Part shown: in pieces, positions 9,823 to 18,693 of the stretch
Layout: each line of letters opens with the position of its first letter
Numbering within the stretch: the first letter of the stretch is position 1
Source of the DNA: Acidimicrobiia bacterium
GTDB lineage: Bacteria; Actinomycetota; Acidimicrobiia; IMCC26256; JACDBD01
Reading direction: 5' to 3'
NCBI GenBank assembly: GCA_035316025.1
Contig: DATFXL010000053.1
Coordinates: 1,748-65,747 of the forward strand
Length of the DNA stretch: 64,000 nt
Translations under genes and position numbers: made by a program
The notes under the pieces: generated by a model
What the model was told of the DNA's origin: nothing
Databases searched by the model: none
Seen by the model: only the letters and a program-made list of their open reading frames with translations

Positions 9823-9873
9823 GGATTCGTGAATCTACCGGTTCGGCCGCTCGCGCTCGTCGGCGAAGCCTCG

Positions 9874-9879
9874 TACTCT
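9874..9879 (+). promoter_or_regulatory. candidate -10 hexamer (TACTCT) placing the transcription start at or next to the PAC2 GTG (leaderless mRNA)
   Basis: TACTCT matches TAnnnT and ends 6 nt before GTG 9886. There is no Shine-Dalgarno sequence in between. No convincing -35 element was seen. Confidence 0.25.
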
Positions 9880-9885
9880 GTTGGG

Positions 9886-10713
9886 GTGCTCGAGATCGAT
9901 CGATGGCCGGAACTGCGCGACCCCGTGCTCGTGGTCGCGCTGTCGGGTTGGGTGGACGCCGGCCTCGCCGGCGCGGGAGCCGCCGCCGTGCTGAGCGACC
10001 AACTCGACTCCGCCGCCGAGTTCGGCCGGGTCGACCTCACGGATCTCGTCGACCTGCAACAGACGCGCCCGAGCGTCCGCCTCGTCGACGGCGCGACGCG
10101 CGCGATCACGTGGCCTACGGTCGATCTGATCGCGGGACGCGCCGGTCGCGACCTCGTACTGTGCCGCGGACCAGAGCCGTCGCTGCGCTGGCGCGCGTTC
10201 AACGACGAGCTCGTCCAGATGTCGCAACGCCTCGGCGTGCGGATGATGTTCGGTCTGGGCGGCATGCCCACACTCGTCTCCCACCGCCGCCCGGTGACGG
10301 TGCTCACAACCGCGACTGCGCACTCGCTGGCACAGGAGGTCGGCGCGTGGCGCGCCGACTACAGCGGTCCGACGGGAGTGCAGACGGCACTGCAGGTCGC
10401 GTTGGGCCATGCCGGTATTCCCGGTGTCGGGTTGTGGGCACAGGTGCCGCACTACGTGTCGGCGACACCGTCGCCGCCTGGGATCAGCGCGCTCCTGTCG
10501 CGCCTGCGCGAGCTCGCCGTCGTCGAGACGGATCTGACCGCGCTCGACGGCCAGGTCGACGAGTACCTGCAGCGAGTCGAGGAGGGGTTGTCCGAGCGAC
10601 CCGACGTCGCGGAGATGGTCCGCAACATCGAAGCGAACGAGGACTCGGGTGAGATCCCGACCGGCGACGAGTTGGCGTCGGAGATCGAGCGGTTCCTGCG
10701 CGAGCAGGGTTGA
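9886..10713 (+). CDS. PAC2 (proteasome assembly chaperone 2-like) family protein
   Basis: Inner GTG of track ORF 9700..10713. The sequence is LRDPVLVVALSGWVDAGLAG..GLGGMP..GLWAQVPHYV, typical of the actinobacterial PAC2 family. The upstream part overlaps the divergent LLM gene. Confidence 0.7.
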   Translation: MLEIDRWPELRDPVLVVALSGWVDAGLAGAGAAAVLSDQLDSAAEFGRVDLTDLVDLQQTRPSVRLVDGATRAITWPTVDLIAGRAGRDLVLCRGPEPSLRWRAFNDELVQMSQRLGVRMMFGLGGMPTLVSHRRPVTVLTTATAHSLAQEVGAWRADYSGPTGVQTALQVALGHAGIPGVGLWAQVPHYVSATPSPPGISALLSRLRELAVVETDLTALDGQVDEYLQRVEEGLSERPDVAEMVRNIEANEDSGEIPTGDELASEIERFLREQG

Positions 10714-10764
10714 CGACGGCCGCGGCGGCGAACGCCCACGCCGGCGGCGCCACCGAAAAGGGGC

Positions 10765-10815
10765 ACAAAAAAGGCGAGTCGACGGACCGGGGCAGGGACG
10801 GCCCGCCGACTCACC
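10765..10815 (-). terminator. intrinsic (rho-independent) terminator on the minus strand
   Basis: The minus-strand RNA is GGUGAGUCG..(GC-rich inner pairs)..CGACUCGCC, a 9-bp outer stem at 10807-10815 / 10773-10781. It is followed directly by UUUUUU (complement of A6 at 10767-10772) and then GUGCCCCUUUU. Confidence 0.55.
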
Positions 10816-11060
10816 AAACTGGGCTCCCGGGCCAGAGGTCCCGGAGCGCCACGATCTTCGCGCTTCCCCGAAGGGGTCGCGCAACGGATATTTCCCCTCC
10901 CTCGAGGCGAGTAAACCACGAACCTGGCCGTCCTGCCAGACCCTTCCATCAGCCATTTTCTGCGGCCCGGCTCCTGGGGCGGGGGACGGGCCCGTCCGGC
11001 CCAGACGGTAGAAAGGCAGGCAGCGGCGGCGGGTGCCGACCGCCACCGCGAAGCGGGAGC
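10816..11060 (-). ncRNA. candidate unclassified non-coding RNA ending at the 10765-10815 terminator (5' end unknown)
   Basis: This is the largest coding-free gap in the window (10714-11082). No minus-strand frame here has a stop-delimited ORF. The next 3.6 kb upstream on the minus strand is occupied only by plus-strand genes. No known RNA family was recognised by eye. Confidence 0.2.
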
Positions 11061-11082
11061 TCGCCCCGGCGACAGGAGGAGC

Positions 11083-11415
11083 ATGAGCGTCGTCCGCATC
11101 AACGCCATCACAGTCCCGGCCGACCGGGTCCAGGAGTTCGAGCGCCGGTTCGCGGCCCGGGCCGGGGAGGTGTCGAAGGCCCCGGGCTTCGAGACCTTCG
11201 AGCTCATGCGACCGACCGACGGCCGTGACGTCTATCTCGTCTACACGCGCTGGCGGTCCGAAGAGGACTTCCAGGCCTGGGTGAACAGCCCCGCGTTCCA
11301 GCACGGCCACAAGGCGCACAGCAGTAGCGGACCCGTCGGCAGCGCGAGCGAGCTGTGGTCGTACGACGTCATCCAGCACGAGGACGCGTCCGCGTCGACA
11401 TCCGAGGGCCGATGA
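11083..11415 (+). CDS. ABM-family monooxygenase, MhuD/IsdG-like (possible heme-degrading enzyme)
   Basis: 110 aa. MSVVRINAITVP..FETFELMRP..YLVYTRWRSEEDFQAWVNSPAFQHGH parallels mycobacterial MhuD, including equivalents of Asn7, Trp and His. It is preceded by the SD sequence GGAGGAG. Confidence 0.75.
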   Translation: MSVVRINAITVPADRVQEFERRFAARAGEVSKAPGFETFELMRPTDGRDVYLVYTRWRSEEDFQAWVNSPAFQHGHKAHSSSGPVGSASELWSYDVIQHEDASASTSEGR

Positions 11416-13160
11416 CCGTCGATCGCGTCACCCCGGCGTCGCCCGACCCGGTTCTCGCCGACCTCACGGGACCGGGCGGCGCGTTCGAGATCGTCACCGA
11501 GGACGTGCTCGGGGTGCCGCTCCAGGTCTACAAGAACCGTCTGCACACGCTTGCCGACTTGATCGCGATGGCCGACGGGCGCGCCGGCACGGACTTTCTC
11601 GTGCAGGGCGATCGCCGGGTCAACTACGGCGACCACAACGCGCTCGTGCGTCGAGTCGCGGCGTCGTTCGTACACCTCGGGATCCGTCACGGCGATCGCG
11701 TAGCGATTCTGTCGGCGAACAACGTCGAATGGGTTGTGCTGTGGTGGGCGGCCGCGGCGATCGGCGCCGTCGCCGTACCGCTCAATGCGTGGTGGAAGAC
11801 CGAGGAGCTCGAGTTCGGTCTGCGCGACTCGGGCGCCAAGCTGTTGTTCTGTGACCCGAAGCGCTGGGCCGCGATCCGCGATCGCGTCGCCCGGCTTCCC
11901 GATCTCGAGCACGTGTTCGTCTTGGACCTCGACGCGCCTGACGGCGTCGCCCGGCCGAGTGCGGAGTTGCTTGCCGACGACCACGACACGCTCCCGGCGG
12001 CCGACGTCCACGAGGACGACCTGTTCGCGATCTTGTACACGTCCGGGACGACCGGGCGGCCGAAGGGCGCGACGCTCACGCACCGCCAGGCCATCGCCAA
12101 CCTGCAGAACATCTTCTGTCTCGGCGTCGCCAGCGCGAGCCGGGGTGGCGACGCCGCCCCCGAGCTGTCGAGTGACGTGCAGTCGGCGGCCCTGCTCGTC
12201 GTGCCGCTCTTCCACGTGACGGGATGCCTGTCGACGATGATGCTCAGCTACGCGTCCGGGGCGAAGCTCGTTCTCATGCCGCCGGGCCGCTTCGACCCTG
12301 ACTCGGCGATGGCGACCATCGAGCGCGAGCAGGTCACGAGCTTCGGCGGCGTTCCGACGATCATGTGGCGCATCGTCGAATCGCCGAACTTCGAACGGTA
12401 CGACCTGTCCACCGTCCAGCGCGTGAGCTATGGCGGGGCGCCGGCCGCGCCCGAGCTGGTGCAACGCATCCACGAGCGGTTCCCGAAGGTGCGAAAGACG
12501 CTTGCCACTGCCTACGGACTGACCGAAACGGCGTCGGTCGCGACGTCGAACACGGGTGACGACTACCGGACCCATCCGGATTCGGTCGGCCGTCCCGCGC
12601 CCACCGTGGAGATCGAGGTCGTCGATAGCGACAGCGCGCCGGTCCCGACGGATGCGACGGGGGAGATCTGGTTGCGTGGCCCGACGATCATGCGGCGCGG
12701 GTACTGGAACCGGCCCGACGCGACTGCCGAGGCGATCACACCCGACGGCTGGTTCCGCAGCGGCGACATCGGGCGGTTCGACGAGGATGGCTTTCTATAC
12801 CTCGTCGACCGAGCCAAGGACATGATCATCCGTGGCGGCGAGAACGTGTACTGCGTCGAGGTCGAGCAGGAGCTGTTCGAGCACCCCGACGTGATCGACG
12901 CCGCCGTGGTCGGCGTGCCGCACAGAGTGCTGGGGGAAGAAGTCAAGGCCGTCGTGCAACTGAAGCCGGGCGCGACCGCCTCCGTCGACGAGCTGCGCTC
13001 GCACTGCGCGGCGCGGCTCGCCAACTTCAAGGTGCCCGAGTACGTCGAGCTGCGTGACGAGCCCCTGCCCCGCAACCCGGCTGGCAAGGTGCTCAAGAAC
13101 CTCCTGCGCGGCGACGAGACGTCGTTCTCGGCCGACGCCGCCGACGACTCCGCCCTCTGA
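11412..13160 (+). CDS. AMP-dependent acyl-CoA synthetase/ligase (FadD-like)
   Basis: Inner ATG 11412 overlaps the ABM stop (ATGA). AMP-binding motifs are present: ILYTSGTTGRPKGA, YGLTE and GDIGRFDEDGFLYLVDRAKDMI. Confidence 0.85.
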   Translation: MTVDRVTPASPDPVLADLTGPGGAFEIVTEDVLGVPLQVYKNRLHTLADLIAMADGRAGTDFLVQGDRRVNYGDHNALVRRVAASFVHLGIRHGDRVAILSANNVEWVVLWWAAAAIGAVAVPLNAWWKTEELEFGLRDSGAKLLFCDPKRWAAIRDRVARLPDLEHVFVLDLDAPDGVARPSAELLADDHDTLPAADVHEDDLFAILYTSGTTGRPKGATLTHRQAIANLQNIFCLGVASASRGGDAAPELSSDVQSAALLVVPLFHVTGCLSTMMLSYASGAKLVLMPPGRFDPDSAMATIEREQVTSFGGVPTIMWRIVESPNFERYDLSTVQRVSYGGAPAAPELVQRIHERFPKVRKTLATAYGLTETASVATSNTGDDYRTHPDSVGRPAPTVEIEVVDSDSAPVPTDATGEIWLRGPTIMRRGYWNRPDATAEAITPDGWFRSGDIGRFDEDGFLYLVDRAKDMIIRGGENVYCVEVEQELFEHPDVIDAAVVGVPHRVLGEEVKAVVQLKPGATASVDELRSHCAARLANFKVPEYVELRDEPLPRNPAGKVLKNLLRGDETSFSADAADDSAL

Positions 13161-13236
13161 CGCCGGGCTCGAGGCCTCGGAGCCGGCGATCGAAACGCTC
13201 CTCCTCGACACGCACAACGTCTTCGGGTTCGCCGCC

Positions 13237-13557
13237 GTGGTCGCCAACGGCGTGGCGGGCATTGTGTGTCTCGTCGTGTGGCGCGTGACGCGCTGGCGAG
13301 GCCGGTGGGTGTGGATCCTGACCGTCGCCGCCCAGGTCCTGTTCCTGGTCGACGTCGTCGTGGGCACGATCCTCGTCGCCGGGTTCAAGCTCAAGGCGCC
13401 CAACGTCCATTACTTCTACGGCTTCCTCGTGTTCCTCACCGTCGGGCTCGCGTTCCAGTACCGCGATGCGATGCGGGGACGGACGGAGCTGCTGTACGGT
13501 CTCGTCGGCTTGTTCCTCATGGGTCTCGGGATCCGGGCAGTGTTCCAGGTGGTCTGA
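13237..13557 (+). CDS. small integral membrane protein (3-4 predicted helices), start uncertain
   Basis: Frame of track ORF 13054..13557. Hydrophobic segments are FGFAAVVANGVAGIVCLVVW, WVWILTVAAQVLFLVDVVVGTILV, YFYGFLVFLTVGLAF and LLYGLVGLFLMGLGI. GTG 13237 is the first canonical start after the fadD stop. The first helix begins upstream of it; see the finding on this gene. Confidence 0.5.
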   Translation: MVANGVAGIVCLVVWRVTRWRGRWVWILTVAAQVLFLVDVVVGTILVAGFKLKAPNVHYFYGFLVFLTVGLAFQYRDAMRGRTELLYGLVGLFLMGLGIRAVFQVV

Positions 13558-14711
13558 TGAGCCCGTCCAGCGCGCCGCGTCGCATTCGCGTCCTGTTGCT
13601 GTTCGGCGGCCGGTCGGCCGAGCACGACGTCTCGCGAGTCACTGCGGTCGCTGTCGCCAAGGCACTCGATCCGGCGCGTTACGAGCTCGTGCCGGTCGCG
13701 ATCACCACCGACGGGCGCTGGCTGTTCGCCGAGCACGCGCAGCGCATGATCGAGCAGGGACCGCACGCCCTGCCCGCCGCGCTGCCGGTAGAGGGCGAGC
13801 CGGTGTCCGAGCTCGGGGACCTGGTCGCGCGGGGCGAACATCGACAGGTCGATGACGTCGCGGTCCGGACTGCGCTCGATGTCGACGTGGTGTTCCCACT
13901 GCTGCACGGACCGTACGGCGAGGACGGCACCGTGCAGGGGCTGTTCGAGCTGGCCGGTCTGCCCTACGTCGGCGCCGGGGTCGTCGGCTCGGCGGTCGGC
14001 ATGGACAAGGTGATGATGAAGCGCGCCTTCGCCGCTTGCGGAATCCCGATCGCCCGCTACGCGGCCCACCGAGACGGGCACGACCGCGTCGCGTTCGCGG
14101 CGCAGGTCGAGACGGAGCTGGGGTACCCGTGTTTCGTGAAGCCGGCCAACCTTGGCTCGTCCGTCGGCGTCTCGAAGGCACGGGACCGCGCGACCTTCGA
14201 CGCCGCCCTCGACCTGGCCCTGCGCTTCGACGAATGGGTGATCGCCGAGGAGGCGATCGCCGGACGCGAGATCGAGGTGTCGGTCCTCGGCGACGACCCG
14301 CCGGAGGCGTCGGTGCCGGGTGAGGTCGTCCCCGGCGACGACTTCTACTCCTACGCCGACAAGTACGAGCGCGACGACGCCCAACTCTTGATCCCGGCGC
14401 CGATCACCGGCGAGCGCAGCGACGAGGTGCGCGAGCTTGCGATTCGGGCGTTCGAGGCGTGCCGGTGCGAGGCGATGGCGCGTGTCGACTTCTTCCTGGA
14501 GGAAGAGCGCGCCGACAGCACCCCGGGCCGCGGCTTTCTCGCCAACGAGGTCAACACGATCCCCGGATTCGTCGCCGGGGTGTCGCAGTACCCGCGCCTG
14601 TGGGAGGAATCAGGCGTCAGCTATTCGGAGCTGCTCGATCGCCTCATCGACCTGGCCTTCGCCCGCCACGACAAACGCGCCAAGCGCGCCGGCCGTCAGC
14701 GCGACGAATAA
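13557..14711 (+). CDS. ddl: D-alanine--D-alanine ligase
   Basis: Inner ATG 13557 of track ORF 13266..14711 (TGATG junction). The sequence reads RIRVLLLFGGRSAEHDVS..FPLLHGPYGEDGTVQGLFELAGLPYVG..EVNTIPGF. Confidence 0.9.
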   Translation: MSPSSAPRRIRVLLLFGGRSAEHDVSRVTAVAVAKALDPARYELVPVAITTDGRWLFAEHAQRMIEQGPHALPAALPVEGEPVSELGDLVARGEHRQVDDVAVRTALDVDVVFPLLHGPYGEDGTVQGLFELAGLPYVGAGVVGSAVGMDKVMMKRAFAACGIPIARYAAHRDGHDRVAFAAQVETELGYPCFVKPANLGSSVGVSKARDRATFDAALDLALRFDEWVIAEEAIAGREIEVSVLGDDPPEASVPGEVVPGDDFYSYADKYERDDAQLLIPAPITGERSDEVRELAIRAFEACRCEAMARVDFFLEEERADSTPGRGFLANEVNTIPGFVAGVSQYPRLWEESGVSYSELLDRLIDLAFARHDKRAKRAGRQRDE

Positions 14712-14716
14712 CCGTC

Positions 14717-14953
14717 TCAGAGGTTCACGACGGGGCAGGTGAACGTGCGGGTGATGCCCTCGACGGCCTGGATCTGCGACACCACCATCTTGCCGAGCTC
14801 GTCGAGGCTGGGCGCCTCGGTCTTGACGATCACGTCGTACGGCCCGGTGACGTCGTCAGCCGAGAGCACGCCCGTGATCTTGCGAGCATGCTCGGCCACG
14901 CTGACTGCCTTCCCGACCTCCGTCTGGATGAGCACGTACGCGGCCACGTTCAT
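14717..14953 (-). CDS. Lrp/AsnC ligand-binding-domain-only protein (78 aa)
   Basis: C-terminal 78 codons of track ORF 14717..15664 from ATG 14953. MNVAAYVLIQTEVGKAVSVAE..GPYDVIVKTEAPSLDELGKMV matches the AsnC-type effector domain pattern. Confidence 0.65.
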   Translation of the reverse strand: MNVAAYVLIQTEVGKAVSVAEHARKITGVLSADDVTGPYDVIVKTEAPSLDELGKMVVSQIQAVEGITRTFTCPVVNL

Positions 14954-15000
14954 GCAGACCCCCTTGCGACGACTGGAAGCGAATCGTAGCGGTCGCTCGG

Positions 15001-16173
15001 TCAGGTGAGAACCGGCAGGCCCGCTCCCATCATGTCGACGAAATTGTCGGTGTAGAAGCGCTGCTTGGCACGCTCCGATACCGCCTCGATGCTGCGCTCG
15101 AAACGCCCGAGCGGGTTCCGCCCGCCCTCGACGTGCGGGTAGTCGGACGAGAACATGCAGATCTCCTCGCCCGACTGCTCGATGATCCATCCGGCGTCCT
15201 CGTGCGGGTACGGAGTCACACGGATCTGGCGCGTGAAGTACTCGCTCGGGCGCAGCGCCAGCCGCTGGAGGCGATCCTCGTTCTTGCGGAACGCGTCGGC
15301 GGCGGAGTCGAGGGTCCGCATGAGACCCGGGAGCCAGGTGCCCCCCTGCTCGATGACGCCGAAGCGCAGGTCGGCGAAGCGGTCGAGCACGCCGTCGATG
15401 ATCAGGGTTCCCAGCACCTGCATGACGGGATACTGGATCGCGATGTAGTCGACGGAACGGAAGTTGCCGTCGCCGCCATGGAAGTCGGGTACGGGCGGGA
15501 GGCCGTTCTCGAAGATCATGGGGTCGACGAGGCGCCCGCCCCCGCCCACGTGGAAGACGACGGGGATGCCCGCCTCCTGCGCCTGGGCCCACACGGGATC
15601 GAGCCCGACGTGGCTGGGCGAGTGCGTCCGCGGGCACGCCGACGCCACGAGCAGCGCCTTGCACCCCATCTCGAGCGCCTCGCGGGCGGCCGCCCCCGAC
15701 CGCTCGAAGTCCGCCAGCGGGACGTAACCCGTTGGGAGAAGCCGGGCATCGACCGCGCAGAACTCGACGAGCGCCCGGTTGTGCGCCCGCGCGAGGCCGT
15801 ACGCGAGGTCGAGGTCGTCGCCGTGCTCGACGCGCTGGAGGGTCTTGTTGGTGAAGGTGTTGAAGATGAGCTGACTGGCGACGCCGAGCATGTCGAGAGC
15901 GGCGGGTCGGTCCTCGGCGATGAAGCCGCCGGTCGCCTCGAAGTTCTTTCGGAGCCAGATCTGCTCGGCGTCGTGAGCGCGGAACTCCGGGTCCGTCTGC
16001 ACCCGGCGGAAGTGCTCGACGATCTCGCGCTCGTCGGTGCCGTCGTCGCCGATCCGGAAGCCGACAGTCAGCTCGGCGATGCGGTCCCGTACGTCGGGGT
16101 CGGCGTGATCGATGAAGAGGTCCGGCGGCTCCATGACGTGAGCGTCGGCGTCGTGGATCACACGATCGGGCAT
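15001..16173 (-). CDS. amidohydrolase-2 family protein (ACMSD-like metal-dependent hydrolase/decarboxylase)
   Basis: 390 aa. N-terminal HDADAHVMEP, internal VVFHVGGGG and C-terminal FSSDYPHVEG are typical of the amidohydrolase_2 TIM-barrel family. Confidence 0.75.
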   Translation of the reverse strand: MPDRVIHDADAHVMEPPDLFIDHADPDVRDRIAELTVGFRIGDDGTDEREIVEHFRRVQTDPEFRAHDAEQIWLRKNFEATGGFIAEDRPAALDMLGVASQLIFNTFTNKTLQRVEHGDDLDLAYGLARAHNRALVEFCAVDARLLPTGYVPLADFERSGAAAREALEMGCKALLVASACPRTHSPSHVGLDPVWAQAQEAGIPVVFHVGGGGRLVDPMIFENGLPPVPDFHGGDGNFRSVDYIAIQYPVMQVLGTLIIDGVLDRFADLRFGVIEQGGTWLPGLMRTLDSAADAFRKNEDRLQRLALRPSEYFTRQIRVTPYPHEDAGWIIEQSGEEICMFSSDYPHVEGGRNPLGRFERSIEAVSERAKQRFYTDNFVDMMGAGLPVLT

Positions 16174-16205
16174 GACGGCGGCCCCCTATCTGCCGGGAGA
16201 CCGTT

Positions 16206-18011
16206 CTAGCCCAGCCGGGCCTCCAGTGCCGCCAGCTCGTTCCACAACGGGGCGGGGAGCTTGTCGCCGAGCGACTCGAAGTGCTCGCGGATGAGGGGGA
16301 TCTCCCGCTTCCACTCGGCTGCGTCGACGCGTAGCGCTGTCGCCACCGCGTCGGGCCTGGCGTCGAGGCCGTCGACGTCCAGATCTCCCGACCCCGGGAC
16401 GTAGCCGATCACCGTCTCCTCGGCGCCGGCCGTGCCCTCGCAGCGGTCGAACACCCACTCGAGGACCCGAGAGTTCTCGCCGAAGCCGGGCCAGACGAAG
16501 TTCCCGTCGGCGTCCTTGCGGAACCAGTTCACGCCGTAGATACGAGGCAGCTTCGACTCGTCGGTGCAGCCGGTCATGCTCAGCCAGTGGGCGAAGTAGT
16601 CCGCCATGTGGTAGCCGCAGAACGGGAGCATCGCGAACGGGTCACGCCGAAGCTGGCCCAGCCCGCCGACAGCCGCCGCCGTCTTCTCGGAGCCCATCGT
16701 CGCCCCGACGAACACGCCGTGCCCCCAGTTGCGCGCCTCGTAGACGAGCGGGACGGTCGTGGCCCGCCGCCCCCCGAACAGGAACGCCGAGATCGGAACG
16801 CCCTTCGGGTCTTCCCACTCGGGTGCGATCACCGGGCACTGCGACGCCGGCACGCAGAACCGGGAGTTGGGGTGGGCGGCGGGCGCGTCGGACTCGGGCG
16901 TCCAGTCGTTGCGGCGCCAATCCGTGCAATGGGCGGGCGGATCCTCGGTCATGCCCTCCCACCAGACGTCGCGGTCGTCGGTGAGCGCGGTGTTCGTGAA
17001 CACGGTGTTCTCGGTCAGCGTGAGCATGGCGTTCGGGTTCGTGTCCATGCTCGTGCCGGGAGCCACGCCGAAGAAGCCGAACTCGGGGTTGATGGCGTAG
17101 AGCCGGCCGTCGTCGGCGAATTTCATCCACGCGATGTCGTCGCCGACGGTCTCGGCTTCCCAACCCGGGATCGTCGGGATGAGCATGGCGAGGTTCGTCT
17201 TGCCGCACGCCGACGGGAACGCGGCGGCAACGTAGCGGCTGACGCCCTCGGGGTTCGTGAGCTTGAGGATGAGCATGTGCTCGGCGAGCCAGCCCTCGTC
17301 GCGGGCGATGACGGACGCGATACGCAGAGCGAAGCACTTCTTGCCGAGGAGCGCGTTTCCGCCGTAGCCGGAGCCGTACGACCAGATCTCCCGCATCTCG
17401 GGGAAGTGGACGATCCACTTCTCCTCGTTGTTGCAGGGCCACGGGACGTCGGCCTCGCCGTGCTCCAGCGGCGCGCCGACGGAGTGAATGCAGGGCACGA
17501 AGTCGCCATTGCCGAGCACCTCCAGTGCCGGCGTCCCGGCCCGGGTCATGGTGCGCATGCTCACGGCGACGTACGGGGAGTCGGTGATCTCGACACCGAT
17601 GTAGGACAGCGGGGAGCCCAACGGCCCCATGCTGAACGGCACAACGTACATGGTGCGGCCCCGCATCGTGCCGGCAAACAGTTTCCGGAGCCGGTCCCGC
17701 ATCGCCGTGGGGTCTTCCCAGTTGTTGGTCGGGCCGGCGTCGGCCTCAAGCCGGGCGCAAACGAAGGTGCGGTCCTCGACGCGGGCGACGTCACCCGGGT
17801 CGGAAGCGGCCCAGAAGGATCCGGGACGTTTGGCCGGGTCCAGCTCGACGAGCGTTCCCGCCTCGACCAGCTGCTTGCACAGCAACTGGTACTCCTCCTC
17901 GGAGCCGTTGAACCAGTGGACCGAGTCCGGCTCGCAGAGGGCGACCATCTCTTCCACCCAGTGCAGCAGCTTCTGGTTGCGGGTGGGCGGAGCGTTCAGT
18001 GTGACGGCCAC
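16206..18011 (-). CDS. pckG: phosphoenolpyruvate carboxykinase (GTP)
   Basis: 601 aa with strong family pattern: [42 protein letters not shown] and NWFRKD. Confidence 0.9.
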   Translation of the reverse strand: MAVTLNAPPTRNQKLLHWVEEMVALCEPDSVHWFNGSEEEYQLLCKQLVEAGTLVELDPAKRPGSFWAASDPGDVARVEDRTFVCARLEADAGPTNNWEDPTAMRDRLRKLFAGTMRGRTMYVVPFSMGPLGSPLSYIGVEITDSPYVAVSMRTMTRAGTPALEVLGNGDFVPCIHSVGAPLEHGEADVPWPCNNEEKWIVHFPEMREIWSYGSGYGGNALLGKKCFALRIASVIARDEGWLAEHMLILKLTNPEGVSRYVAAAFPSACGKTNLAMLIPTIPGWEAETVGDDIAWMKFADDGRLYAINPEFGFFGVAPGTSMDTNPNAMLTLTENTVFTNTALTDDRDVWWEGMTEDPPAHCTDWRRNDWTPESDAPAAHPNSRFCVPASQCPVIAPEWEDPKGVPISAFLFGGRRATTVPLVYEARNWGHGVFVGATMGSEKTAAAVGGLGQLRRDPFAMLPFCGYHMADYFAHWLSMTGCTDESKLPRIYGVNWFRKDADGNFVWPGFGENSRVLEWVFDRCEGTAGAEETVIGYVPGSGDLDVDGLDARPDAVATALRVDAAEWKREIPLIREHFESLGDKLPAPLWNELAALEARLG

Positions 18012-18159
18012 GAGACCGACTCCTTGCGGTGGAACGGTCCGAACAGCCTACCGGCGGCCGATCGAGCCGGCCGAACCGCTGTTTGTGTACCCCCCGGCTG
18101 ACGCACGCATGCGGCCCGTGGATAAGTTGACCCCGGCGCGTGCGACCGGGGAGGGCGAC

Positions 18160-18426
18160 ATGGGCTGGCTGTCATGGATCGTCGTCGGCTTCATCGCCGG
18201 GGCGCTGGCGAAGGGCGTCACGGGCGTGCGAGGCGCCGGATGCATCGGCACGATCCTGATCGGCATCGCCGGCGGGCTGCTCGGCGGCGTCATCTTCTCG
18301 GCCGCGGGCGGCGAGGGCATCAACGAGTTCAGCCTCTACTCGGTGCTGGTCGCGTTCGTCGGCGCGACGCTGCTCCTCTTCATCTACGGCGCGATCACGG
18401 GGAACCGCGACCGTCGCTCGTATTGA
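18160..18426 (+). CDS. GlsB/YeaQ/YmgE (transglycosylase-associated) family small membrane protein
   Basis: Inner ATG 18160 of track ORF 17629..18426. The sequence is MGWLSWIVVGFIAGALAK..GTILIGIAGGLLGG.. Confidence 0.75.
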   Translation: MGWLSWIVVGFIAGALAKGVTGVRGAGCIGTILIGIAGGLLGGVIFSAAGGEGINEFSLYSVLVAFVGATLLLFIYGAITGNRDRRSY

Positions 18427-18450
18427 ACTCGGAGACGGCGGTGCGAACGC

Positions 18451-18678
18451 TCAGACGTCGGCGGTGGGGAGGCCCATGTCGACCTCGGCGCCGATCCTGA
18501 CGCGCGTCGCAAACCCGGTGTCGTCGAGGTCGAAGACGACCCGCTGACCCTGGCGCAGCAGCCGGAAGATGGAGCGGTCGAGCGCGTCGAGTGCGAGCGT
18601 GAACTCCTCGCGGTCGGTGTCGCGGACGACCACACCCTCGCGAGTCTGCGGGTCGTAGGAGCGGATCACGCCTTGCAC
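18451..18678 (-). CDS. small conserved-looking protein, divergent cold-shock-domain/OB-like pattern, co-transcribed with rpmB
   Basis: 75 aa from GTG 18678, preceded by AGGAAG 9 nt upstream and directly after the rpmB stop. The G-x-[VI]-x-x-Y...G-x-V...F-x-L...L-x-x-G-Q-x-V-x-F-D spacing resembles a CSD but lacks the RNP aromatic motifs. Function is inferred only. Confidence 0.55.
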   Translation of the reverse strand: MQGVIRSYDPQTREGVVVRDTDREEFTLALDALDRSIFRLLRQGQRVVFDLDDTGFATRVRIGAEVDMGLPTADV

Positions 18679-18693
18679 GAGCCGGCGCTTCCT

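Noticed and set aside
10714-11082. Assigning the gap to a known structured RNA (RNase P, tmRNA, SRP RNA, 6S, tRNA, or a common riboswitch).
   Set aside because: I looked by eye on both strands for the RNase P P4 strands (GAGGAAAGUCCGG / ACAGAAnnCGGCUUA). I also looked for a tmRNA tag ORF and ..UCCACCA end, the SRP domain IV GGAA/AGCA loops, a tRNA T-loop, the TPP CUGAGA motif and the B12 box. I found none. 6S or Ms1-like RNAs cannot be judged without covariance models, so the region is reported only as an unclassified candidate.
13054-13160. ATG 13054 as the start of the small membrane protein (the longest ORF).
   Set aside because: It would overlap fadD by 107 nt. The overlapped stretch translates to Arg/Thr/Pro-rich sequence (MTSPCPATRLARCSRTSCAATRRRSRP..) that looks like an out-of-frame reading of fadD.
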